The translations under genes and the position numbers were made by a program. The notes beneath the pieces are model-generated. The model had not been told where the DNA came from, did no database searches, and was given only the letters and a program-made list of their open reading frames with translations. From Toensbergia leucococca (taxonomy: Eukaryota), in assembly GCA_022813965.1 (NCBI GenBank), contig JALDZS010000044.1:62001-126000 (forward strand): a DNA stretch of 64,000 nucleotides. Reading direction: 5' to 3'. Positions 25,649 to 36,934 of this stretch are shown here, one piece after another. Positions within the stretch are counted from its first letter, which is position 1. Each line of letters begins with the position of its first letter.

Positions 25649-28198
25649 ATGCACCAGCTGAGTCTGCGTGCTGTTCGCTCATCTCATGCTTGTCTAGGCA
25701 TCCACCGCTTCTGGCGCTGCTTCCGCCATGACACAGATTTCAAAAAGCCTTTCCACTGCTCACTACCACAGCTTGAAGAAGACAATACCAAAAGCTTACC
25801 TAAGATCCGTTGGTACCAGCAGCTCTATCCAGGCTCACCGGACAGAACGCCTTTTAATCCCGAGGAAGATGCTTTAGAGAAAGAAAAGGAACTCAAGGCG
25901 AGAATCGCTGAATTAGAAGGGGAGCTACGTGGACTTCACGAGGAGCATAATTCCACTATTGAGCCTTTGCTTGACCATTTGTCCGAGGAAGATCGTCGGA
26001 GCGTCAAGGATGCTCTACGGAACATTGCTCCTGATGGCTGTGATCAGGAAGCAGTGGACGCCGAGAGCGATGCTCAAATGCAGAGGAAGATGACAACGCG
26101 CCCTCGAGAGAATACCGCCAACGATGGCCAGCTTGCACAGTATATACCCAATCAAGGAAACTTGGATATTCAATGGAAATTACCTCCCGAAGAAGCTGTT
26201 TACCTGCAACGTCTGAATACATGTCTACGTAAAGCAGCTACCAACGTTTCAGACGTCTCGTCTCGAAAAGAATTGTGGCGATGGTATTCTCGATGCAAAC
26301 AAAACCTTCCACCGTTCCTTCACCTGATCTCTGGCGAATCGTGGAATGTTCTGTGGTCAAGTCAGTACAATCATCTGCCAGGAAATCCAGACCGTGCAAC
26401 GCATTTGCGCATACTATCGCAGGATATGATAAGCAGTGGCAAAGACTTGGATAGAAATCAGAGACTTGTCTTCATTGACTCATTATACCTCGAGGGTCGG
26501 TACCGCGAAGCCATAGACCATTGGCAGAGTCAGCAGAGCATACTTCAGAACGACGGCCAAAATTCCCTGGAGCACGGCATGCTAGGTGTCCGCCTGTTCG
26601 CATCTCAGGGAGATGCACAGAAGGCACAGAATATCGCTATGGATCTGATAAATGAGCACGGCTCAGAAACGGCAAGAGTCCTCCTCCCGGTCATTGAGGC
26701 TTGGGCCCTAGGAGACGACAATGCAGACATACAACGTGCTTGGGCTCTCTATCTCCGGCTGAGGGCACATCTAGGATCAGCAATGAAATTGGAAGATTAC
26801 GATCGCATTACCATGTGCTTTCTGAAAGTTAAACGATCAGATATTGCCTTGGCTGTGTTCAAAGACCTAATGCTTGGTGGAGGGTACTCTCAGCACGGTT
26901 CGACCGAGCTCTACAAGGCGTCCCTTGGGATTGTTGGGAGCTTGCAGTCTGAAAGCATCAATGCATCAGACTTGACCAAAGTATCCATGACAGCTCTTAC
27001 AATTTTGCCGCGGCGATTTCAGAACAAGTTTTTCTACGGCAGCTGGATCAAAAAGCTCTTGGGCATGGGCGAGGCAGATGCTGCCGCAACTGTTGTGGAG
27101 CTCATGTATGAACGAGGCGTCAAGCCAGATTCCAAGCATTTGAACGGCATTCTAGGCGCCTGGATACGGAGTAAGAGTACGGCCAATAAAGAAAAGGCAG
27201 AGCAAATGGGCTGGGCTATGATCCGAGAGCGATTGGATTTTGTCAGTCGACGGCGGAACCAATTGCCTAATTCTGCGAACGTCATAAATCTTTCTGAAGT
27301 TCGCATTCCGCATCACATCCTACGTGTTGTCCCGCCCGCGACAATTGAGACTTTCTCGGTCCTGCTGCTATATTATGAACGCCGCGGCATGCTGAAGCAC
27401 GTACAACTACTGAAAGATTACTTGCCTGCTGCTGAAATTGTGCCGAATTCTTATTTCATGAACCACCTACTCTACGCCGAGTTGCGTCGTGGTAATCATT
27501 TAGGTGCATGGCAACTCTATCGAAAAATGGATAGCACCGTGAAACCTGATCTAGAGACCTTCGCCTGCTTATGGGATTGCGAGAAGGCGCATTTTAATCG
27601 CCTTGCAATGTACGATGCGGATGAATTTCCTGGGCCTCGTACGATCCTTTGCGAGATGATCTCTTGGTTTTCCACTTTGGGGAATAGTGCGCGTGACGCT
27701 ATTCGCCACGACTTTAGCAAGGATCTATACGATCAGATCATCAGGTGCATGTGCTTGGCTAAGGACCTTGAAGGGACGATTGTGGCACTATACGCGTTGA
27801 AAGAATCCTTTCTGTTCAGTCCTGATCAGGATACCGCAAGAATGGTTGTGCTTCAAGTCGCCCGCATAGGATCAGATGAGCGAAGAACCATCAAGAAACG
27901 ACGGACTAGGTTGTCAGGAAGCACTCAAGGCAAGGCCAATATTGCTAAGGTCACTCGAGTGCTGGATTTAGTCACGAAGCAGCGCACAGAAGCACTACAG
28001 AATCATGGAATTAATCCGGAGACTTGGGAAGAGAAAAGGCAGGCAGATGAGCAGCTATACTTGTTAGCCGCATTCCTTCGCGTGGTCTTGCACAGCACTA
28101 CTCCAAGTGAGCTTGCTGTGGACGGACACATCGAGAAAGCTGCTTGGCAAATGGGCGTCAGCGGTGTCCCCATGCGAGATCCACTTCTCTCAACCTGA
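25649..28198 (+). CDS. Mitochondrial pentatricopeptide-repeat (PPR) protein
   Basis: 849 aa single ORF with a basic presequence-like N-terminus and PPR-like helices (ELMYERGVKPDSKHLNGILGAW, IVPNSYFMNHLL, VKPDLETFACLW). Confidence 0.82.
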   Translation: MHQLSLRAVRSSHACLGIHRFWRCFRHDTDFKKPFHCSLPQLEEDNTKSLPKIRWYQQLYPGSPDRTPFNPEEDALEKEKELKARIAELEGELRGLHEEHNSTIEPLLDHLSEEDRRSVKDALRNIAPDGCDQEAVDAESDAQMQRKMTTRPRENTANDGQLAQYIPNQGNLDIQWKLPPEEAVYLQRLNTCLRKAATNVSDVSSRKELWRWYSRCKQNLPPFLHLISGESWNVLWSSQYNHLPGNPDRATHLRILSQDMISSGKDLDRNQRLVFIDSLYLEGRYREAIDHWQSQQSILQNDGQNSLEHGMLGVRLFASQGDAQKAQNIAMDLINEHGSETARVLLPVIEAWALGDDNADIQRAWALYLRLRAHLGSAMKLEDYDRITMCFLKVKRSDIALAVFKDLMLGGGYSQHGSTELYKASLGIVGSLQSESINASDLTKVSMTALTILPRRFQNKFFYGSWIKKLLGMGEADAAATVVELMYERGVKPDSKHLNGILGAWIRSKSTANKEKAEQMGWAMIRERLDFVSRRRNQLPNSANVINLSEVRIPHHILRVVPPATIETFSVLLLYYERRGMLKHVQLLKDYLPAAEIVPNSYFMNHLLYAELRRGNHLGAWQLYRKMDSTVKPDLETFACLWDCEKAHFNRLAMYDADEFPGPRTILCEMISWFSTLGNSARDAIRHDFSKDLYDQIIRCMCLAKDLEGTIVALYALKESFLFSPDQDTARMVVLQVARIGSDERRTIKKRRTRLSGSTQGKANIAKVTRVLDLVTKQRTEALQNHGINPETWEEKRQADEQLYLLAAFLRVVLHSTTPSELAVDGHIEKAAWQMGVSGVPMRDPLLST

Positions 28199-29082
28199 GC
28201 TAGGCTCGATTGCCATGCCTTATATTAGACCTAGACATGGTTTTGATCCAAGGCATCAACAATTAATGCAACATGTCTCGGGCTTCAAAAACTTTCTGGC
28301 CCATGCCCGGCCAAGAGAATCATAGCACACCTGAAAGTCTCGGGGCTCATCTCGAAGTCTATACGAAATAGAAAGAAGGCACATGTAACTATTACTTTTG
28401 CCTTACGTACTAGAACACTCTATGTAGGTAGTGTCGGACATTTTAAACTTTCCAGGACAGCCTCTTTCTGGGGTTAACACCATTCTATAGCTGCTCTAGT
28501 GGATTTTACTTCTTAGTGTGAGGAAATAGATGCACCGAATGAACATCAGATTGTTGAACGGGATTGCACAAAAAGCGTCTGTCACCACTCCAATCTTCAG
28601 TGTACTTATAATGCAAATTGAATACTTTACTCGCACTTCAATTGACTCTCCGAGGTATTCATCCGTAAAAGGTTAGTGATTATGCAAGCTCCACGCTAGT
28701 AATCTAGTGATCGCAGAACGGTTAAGCGGCGCAGATAACGTCGCGGTTAAGGCTGAGAACTTCGTCACAAGCTCCTGTGGAACTGAAATTTCTGAAATTT
28801 TGACGCATTGATACGTATGATCAGAAAATTTTCGTATAATCCATAGTGTGTCATGCTTTTTCTCAATTTCTCCCCCTGTACTCCTCCGTCTAAGGTCTCT
28901 CACCCTCATTCATATATCTCCTTCTTATGACCAAATCTTTGAAGAACTTCATTGTTATCTGATTGTGTGCTTGCATAGCCAAAGGCGCGAATCCGCAACT
29001 GGCTGAGTTCCGCAGCATTGTAAGACCCTACTTGGGGTCTCTGGTTGACTTTTAGAGCGCATCTGTGCCATTGACCATACCA

Positions 29083-32000
29083 ATGGCTTCGTCATTGTGC
29101 AAAAGTCTTGCAAGGCCTACTCGGCTTCTACAGCAATGCCATTCGCCCGTTTCTCCCGCCATTCAAAGATCCTTTACCACAGCCAGAAATCTCTACTTAT
29201 ATCCTCGCTCGTTGACACCTATTCCGAGTAACACTCATAGGTCCAAGAGAACATTCACGAGCTCGTCAAGGCATGGGATTACGGGACAAGAAGCCCCGAG
29301 CGCACAAGCATATATATCCAGTGGAGTTCTTGCCGGGAGCAAGAATCTTGTGGATGTCAAGAAGGTACTTGTAATTGGTAGCGGAGGCTTAAGCATTGGA
29401 CAAGCTGGCGAGTTTGACTACTCTGGTATGTCCCGTCTCTTCAGTCATTAAACTCGTCATAATCCTGATTACGGCTTGCTAAGGCGTTTATTCCTGGTGA
29501 CCTCTAGGCTCTCAGGCTCTCAAAGCTCTCAAAGAGGCCAACGTCAAATCCGTGTTAATCAACCCAAATATTGCAACAATTCAGACCGATCATAAGCTTG
29601 CGGATGAAGTTTATTATCTTCCCGTCACTCCCGAATATGTGACATATGTGATCGAGCGGGAAAGACCAGATGGCGTTTTACTTACATTTGGTGGTCAAAC
29701 CGCGCTAAATCTGGGGGTGAAGATGGATGAGATGGGTATCTTCGAACGATACGGTGTGAAGGTACTGGGGACAAGTATTCAAACCCTGAAGACCAGCGAG
29801 GATCGGGATCTATTTTCCAAGGCTCTTAAGGAGATTAATATCCCTATTGCAGAATCGATCGCTGTTGGTACCGTGGATGAAGCCCTCGCTGCAGCTCAAC
29901 AAATAGGTTATCCAATCATTGTCAGATCGGCGTATGCCTTGGGAGGTCTGGGATCTGGCTTTGCAAATGATGCGGAAGAATTGAAAAACTTATCTTCGCA
30001 ATCTCTAACCCTCTCGCCCCAGATCTTGGTCGAAAAGTCGTTGAAAGGATGGAAAGAGCTAGAATATGAGGTTGTCCGCGATGCTGCCAACAATTGTATT
30101 ACAGTATGTAACATGGAGAACTTCGATCCTCTAGGCATCCACACAGGCGACAGCATCGTGGTAGCTCCCAGCCAAACCCTTAGCGACGAGGAGTATCACA
30201 TGCTGAGGACCGCTGCAATAAAGATTATACGCCATTTAGGTGTCGTAGGAGAATGCAATGTTCAGTATGCATTACAGCCTGATGGCCTTGACTACAGAGT
30301 CATCGAGGTGAATGCCCGCTTATCAAGATCCTCTGCTCTAGCATCGAAAGCCACAGGATACCCACTGGCCTACACAGCGGCCAAAATAGGGCTCGGTCAT
30401 ACACTTCCTGAACTACCAAATGCTGTCACTAAGACTACCACAGCCAACTTCGAGCCCAGTTTAGACTACATTGTCACGAAAATGCCTCGATGGGACTTGA
30501 GTAAATTTCAGCATGTTAAGCGAGATATTGGGAGCTCGATGAAGTCGGTTGGTGAAGTCATGGCGATTGGGAGGACGTTTGAGGAGTCATTTCAGAAAGC
30601 CATTCGACAAGTAGATCCAAAGTATGTTGGGTTTCAAGGTGATCACTTTGATAATTTGGACGAAACCCTACGAAATCCAACAGATCGACGATGGCTAGCA
30701 GTCGGGCAAGCTATGCTTCATGAAAATTACTCAGTCGATAAAATCCATGACTTGACAAAGATTGACAAGTGGTTCTTGTACAAGCTCCAGAATATTGTCA
30801 ACGTCCACCGCGAGCTAGAGGACATTGGGAGCCTCTTTGGAGTGAGGAACGAATTAATGAGCAAAGCAAAAAAATTAGGGTTCTCGGATAAACAAATAGC
30901 AATGTGTGTTGGTAGCACAGAAGACGAGGTCAGAGCCAGAAGAAAGGGGTTTGGGATTCGACCATTCGTCAAGAAGATTGATACTCTGGCTGCAGAATTC
31001 CCAGCAGACACCAACTATTTATACACCACCTACAATGCGACTTCTCACGATGTGACCTTTGAAGACCATGGCACCATTATTCTTGGTAGCGGTGTTTATC
31101 GAATTGGTAGTTCTGTTGAATTCGATTGGTGTGCAGTCAATGCAACACTTTCCCTCAAGCAAATGGGCAAAAAGACTGTCATGATCAACTATAACCCCGA
31201 AACATACTCTACAGACTTCGACACAGCTGACAAATTGTATTTCGAGGAGCTTAGCTATGAAAGAGTCATGGATATCTACGAATTGGAATCAGCAAGCGGG
31301 GTGGTAGTGTCAGTTGGTGGTCAACTGCCGCAGAATATCGCGCTCCGACTCCAAGAGACCGGCAAAGCACATGTACTAGGAACCGACCCACGAGACATTG
31401 ACAAAGCAGAGGATCGTCATAAGTTCTCACAGATCCTTGATAGTATCGGTGTTGATCAGCCAGCTTGGAAGGAGTTGACATCTGTCTCCGAAGCTGAGTC
31501 TTTTGCCGACGAGGTAGGTTACCCAGTTTTGGTCCGACCCAGCTACGTCCTTTCCGGAGCTGCAATGAGTGTGATTCGTAGCCAAGACGAGCTGAAAGAT
31601 AAATTGATCTCTGCCAGCGCTGTTTCACCTGATCATCCGGTTGTTATCACCAAATTCATAGAGGGTGCCGAAGAAATAGACGTGGACGCTGTTGGATCAG
31701 CAGGTAGGCTGATTCTGCACGCTGTCAGTGAGCATGTTGAAGCAGCTGGTGTACACTCTGGTGATGCGACTTTGGTCCTACCGCCCGCCAACCTTGATGC
31801 TAGCATCATGGCACGAGTCAAGGAAATCGCTGAAAAGGTTGCCAAAGCCTGGAACATCACAGGACCTTTCAACATGCAAATTATTAAAGCTGATGATCCT
31901 TTGAAAGGTGAGCCTGCACTCAAAGTCATTGAGTGCAATCTTCGTGCTTCCCGGTCATTTCCATTCGTTAGTAAGGTGCTCGGTACCAATTTTATCGACG

Positions 32001-32729
32001 TTGCTACCAAGGCTCTTGTCGGTCGTGATGTTCCAGAGCCCATGGATCTCATGTCTGTGAAAAGAGATTATCTTGCAACAAAAGTGCCACAATTCTCTTG
32101 GACGCGTTTGGCTGGTGCAGATCCCTTCCTGGGGGTTGAGATGTCTAGCACTGGTGAGATTGCATGTTTTGGTAAGGACTTGATCGAGGCATACTGGACG
32201 TCTTTGCAGTCGACGATGAATTTCCGGATGCCGGAACCTGGGGAAGGCCTGCTGTTCGGCGGCGATATCGCTAAACCTGAGTTGACGGAAATTGTCAATT
32301 ACTTGAATCCTCTTGGATACAAGCTTCTTGCAGCTAGTCCTGCAATCAAGCAGCATTTAGAGTCTTCGGCCAAAGGCGACGTCTCGGTTGAGGTGATTGA
32401 ATTTCCGGTGGAAGACAAACGAGCGTTGCGAGAGGTATTCTTGAAGTATGACATCCGAGGAGTTTTCAATCTTGCCAGTCAGAGAGCAAAGACGTTGGTG
32501 GATGAGGATTATGTAATGAGGAGGAATGCTGTTGATTTTGGAGTTCCTTTGTTCATGGAGCCCAAGGTAAGATGGCTTGCATTTCGGTTGATTCTTGGAC
32601 TAGATGCTAACATACATTGAACAGACTGCCCTTCTTTTTGCACAGTGCATGAACGCCAGATTGCCTCGCAAAGAGGGTATCCCGGCTGAAGTGAGGAGGT
32701 GGAGTTCTTTCATTGGGGGCCATGATTGA
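29083..32729 (+). CDS. CPA2: Arginine-specific carbamoyl-phosphate synthase large chain, mitochondrial
   Basis: KKVLVIGSGGLSIGQAGEFDYSG|SQA, IEVNARLSRSSALASKATGYPLA, GSGVYRIGSSVEFDWCAV and a presequence. Introns ~29426-29508 and ~32567-32624. Confidence 0.97.
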
Positions 32730-33191
32730 AGAAAAAAAAGTGATTTGGTCTAGTTGGATGCAAAGGAGTTTGGCGCAAGATACCAATTAATTGGCGGAGA
32801 ATTTTGAAGTAAATAAAGAGAATTGACACAAATTGTGTTTGGTCTCCTTCCCATCTCTACCTCTGTACTCGGTATGTGAATATGTATATCAATCAGGGAA
32901 GGAGGGAAGGTATTTGAACTCCTTGACTACAGACTACCTACCTAGGTAGGTCTTTACCTATAATAGTTAATTCCCCTCCCTCGGCTATTCCAGATTCATA
33001 CTTCACGCCGTCACACCTGCGTAAAGTCTGCATTAAATAAGATATCGCGTGCATGACGTCTTCAAGAATTTTTTTTGTCCATCTTCTCCATTTCCTGTGT
33101 AATTGCCTTTCTCTACTACACTAGCCGCATTCAAAATATACCATTGATCTCAACATCATCATCTCCCTTAAGAAATAGCAGACCCGCTGAA

Positions 33192-35482
33192 ATGACTATA
33201 CGTGCAACAAAGTTCACACCCGGGTGCGTGAAGAATCACCAGAATACGTACTGAACATGGAGTCACGACTGATAGTAGCGAAGGGTTCTTCTTGCTTCCC
33301 CCCGCCGATCAGCTGCTGTCCCTAATGCCAATGGCACACTCGCTCTTTACACCTTAACGACTTATTCGTTTGAGTCCCACAAGAGAAACTCGGAGATCAG
33401 AGTTTTGAATACAAGCAGTGGCCAATCGACAATGATCACAAATGAAGAAAAGACGAGTGAGCCCAATTGGCTTGGAGATGGGAATCGGATTCTGTGGCTC
33501 GTGTCTGGCGAGAAAGGAGTCACGCATGTTATGGTTGGGGACGCAGGAGAAGTCGGGGAATCATACAGTGCTGGTATAGTGTTAGGACCAATATCAGACG
33601 TTAAGCTTAAGGTTCTGGGGCCTGGAAGTATTGCCATAGCCGTTGGGGGGAAGGCCAAACCCGACGGCTCATTGTACAATCCAGAAAATGTCCCCAAAAA
33701 GTTCTCTTCGGGCCTCGTATATGACTCTCTCATGGTTCGTCATTGGGATGAATACGTTAGCCCGAACAAGAATAGCATTTGGTACAGTATCCTCCAGAAG
33801 TCGAAGCCGGAATCTGGAGGCAGATACAGTTTGTCAAAATTGACCAACGCACTGAAAGACACGCATTTAGAGAGCCCCATACCACCTTTCGGAGGTTTGG
33901 ATCACTTTGATATTAGTACCACTGGCCTCGCTTTTGTAGCCAAGGATCCTTCTTTAAACCCAGCCACCAATACAAAATGCAGCTTTTATTTCCTCTCACT
34001 GTCAAGTTTCTCCAATCCACCAACATCCCTAACACAAAAAATTGAGGTCGAAGGCCTTGAAGGTGCTTGTTCTTCACCTGCATTTTCTCCAAACGGACGA
34101 GCAGCCGCTTTCCTGCAGATGAAGAAGAACGGCTATGAGAGCGACAAGAATAGGATTATCCTTGTACCTGATCTCGAAGACTTGTCAACCGCAGTTGAAG
34201 TTCTGAAATCTGACGATGGAAAAGGTCTATGGGACAAAAGCCCACAAGAAATCAGCTGGAGTAGTGATGGCAATAGTCTTTTTCTGCAAGCCGAGGATAT
34301 AGGGAGGGGGCTTCTCTTCCGAATGGACGCTTCACCAACGCCATCGAACTCGACCAAGCTACCAGAAAAGATTACCGAGAGTGGCTACATTTCTAACGTC
34401 CGACCTCTTGCTTCAAATTCATCCCACTTGTTCCTGTCGAGTACAAACTTGATCGACAGCAGCCTCTACACGATTGTCGATCCTTCGCAGCCATCGAACA
34501 CTCGACAGCTATCCTCACATTCCCGCAACGGGACTTCTCTTGGCCTTTGCAAGGAACAAGTCTCAGAGATATGGTTCGAGGGTGCTGGCGATGATAAAGT
34601 ACATGCGTGGGTGATGAAGCCATCGAATTTCGACAGTACTAAGAAGTATCCTTTAGCCTATCTCATTCATGGTGGACCACAAGGCGCGTGGTGCGATCAA
34701 TGGAGCACACGCTGGAACCCAGCAGTATTCGCCGAGCAAGGCTATGTTGTAATTGCTCCAAATCCGACAGGGAGTACAAGTTACGGTCAGGACTTTTGCG
34801 ATGCCATTCATAATTCCTGGGGTGGATTACCCTACGAAGACATCAAAAACGGCTTCGAGTACATCAAATTCAACTTATCCTACGTGGACACTGATCGTGC
34901 CGTTGCTCTTGGCGCCTCGTATGGGGGCTACATGATGAACTGGTAAGTCTCAAGCTTGTCAGAGCACTTCTCAAATAAATTGACCACAAGACTAGGATAC
35001 AAGGCCATGACCTGGGCCGCAAATTGAAAGCCCTCGTCTGCCACGACGGCGTCTTCAGCATGGCCAACCAAATGTCCAGTGACGAGCAATACTTTCCAAA
35101 CCACGACTTCGGCGGCCCCTACTGGACAGCCACCGAAGACTGGGAGCGCTGGAACCCCGCCCGCTACATCGGCAACTGGGCAACGCCTCAGCTAGTCATC
35201 CACAACGCACTAGACTACAGATTACCCATCAGCGAAGGTCTGGCGGCTTTCAACGTGCTGCAGGAACGAGGCGTGGAAAGCCGGTTTCTGACGTTCCCAG
35301 ACGAGAACCACTGGGTGTTGAAAGAAGAGAATAGTCTGGTGTGGCACACGGTGGTTCTGAATTGGATCAACAAGTATGTTGGCTTGCCGCCGTACAAGGA
35401 GGAAGAAAGCCAGCGGTTCGAAGTGCAAAGCACGCCCTTGCTCGGTGGCGCGGCGGAAGAGCAGACGATGAGCATCAGATAG
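33192..35482 (+). CDS. DPP5: Dipeptidyl-peptidase V (S9 prolyl oligopeptidase family), no signal peptide evident
   Basis: MTIRATKFTP start, YPLAYLIHGGPQGAW, catalytic GASYGG, DYRLP and FPDENHW; two introns. Confidence 0.92.
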
Positions 35483-35649
35483 GATTCCATGTATTGATGA
35501 AAAAAATAATAGATACCCACTCCAGTCTAGTAAGACCGTCAATTCATTCCGTCCATCCATTAAACTCCACACCAAAACACAAATCAGTCATCCAGAAAAC
35601 AAATAACTCTTTATCCTCACATTAAGTCTCATATCATTTCCTTCACGCT

Positions 35650-36830
35650 TTGTTAACACACAAACTAGGAAACAAGAAAATGCATTATCACCCAATTGTC
35701 ATAAAAGGGGGACAAAAGAAAAACTACAAAGTCAAAGAACCTATCTTTTCCCCCCCCAAGATAATCCAAGACAAAGGGCGTTCCCAGGAATAAGAAGTCT
35801 CAAAGGAGAAACCGAAAAAGAGAAAACCTCGGAACCTTCCACGTTTATAAAAAAAACCTGCACTCTGAAACAAAGCAAAAAGCACAAACCCCTTTGTATC
35901 ATCTCCACAATTAAAACGAAGCCCCCCCTTCCCACACACGCACCCCTAAGACTCTCTCTCTCATCCATCCAAACTTCCGCAAAAAAAATTTCCCAAAAAA
36001 GAAAACCCCCCCAACCCAAACCTATCGCAACACCAAAAAAAAAAAATCCACCACAAAACCCCACTCCTCTCAAAAAAAAAGGCCAACAAAAAACATCCCA
36101 CCACACCACCACCCCCCCCAAAAGAAAAAAAGAATGGAAACCCACCCCCACAACCCCCCCTCCCCCACCCCCCCAAAAACAAGAAGACCAAAAACAAAAA
36201 GAAAAAGAAACCCTAACCTCCCACCTCCACTCCCTCCGCCAACCCCTCCACCCCCTCCTCTCCCTCACAACCGGCCTCCCCCACCCTTCCTTCCCCGCCA
36301 CCCTCCTACACTACCACCTCCTCTCCGGCACCCAACTCGAGGAGCTAGCGCACTATTATCACCAGCGCACGCCGTCGGCGCTGAGTGGGTTCTATCCGTG
36401 TCCGGTTTTTTGGCGGTGGAGGAGGGGTGGGGGCGGGGTTGGTGGGGTTGGCGGTGGAGAGAGTAGTGGGAGTGGTGAGGGGGGGAGTGGGGAGGTGGAG
36501 GTTAAGAGGAGGCTTTTTGGGGAGTTTGTGGGCTTGATTCGTGGTGGTGGAGGAGGGGGGGATTGTGGGGAGGGGGAGGGGGAGGGGATGGATGAGGTTG
36601 AGAGGTGGGTTTTGGGGGAGCTGGAGAGGAGGGAGCGGGTGGAGGAGGAGGAGAGGAGGAGGAGGAGGAGGGAGGGGGGGTGGAAGGGGGGTTGGTGAGG
36701 TGAGAAAGGGGGGTGTTTCTTTTGGTGAGGGAGAGATGGATGTGGATGTGGATGTGGGCTGGCTGGACTGGCTCTGGGTACATACTTGTTTTTTTGATTT
36801 TTTTTTTTTGAAATGAAAAATGAATATATG
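35650..36830. other. Homopolymer-rich low-complexity stretch, probably low-quality consensus
   Basis: Abrupt runs of A/C (35650-36300) then G/T (36400-36810) unlike the flanking DNA; the ORFs here are poly-Pro/Gly/Phe artefacts. Confidence 0.7.
36200..36700 (+). CDS. Small conserved fungal hypothetical protein, frameshifted in this sequence
   Basis: One frame reads FPATLLHYHLLSGTQLEELAHYYHQRTPSALSGFYPCPV, followed by VEVKRRLFGEFVGL. This resembles a small Pezizomycotina protein family I recall. Boundaries are unresolved. Confidence 0.55.
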
Positions 36831-36934
36831 GATTTGTTTCGATATGATTTTGCGAGGCATTTTATGCTGCTCCAAACGCCCCTGACCAACATCACCGCCA
36901 CCGCCACCACCACCATGCGCCATTCGCAAGATAC

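Noticed and set aside
28700..29083. Arginine attenuator peptide uORF before the CPS gene
   Set aside because: AAP belongs to the small-subunit gene (CPA1/arg-2), and no matching peptide was seen here.
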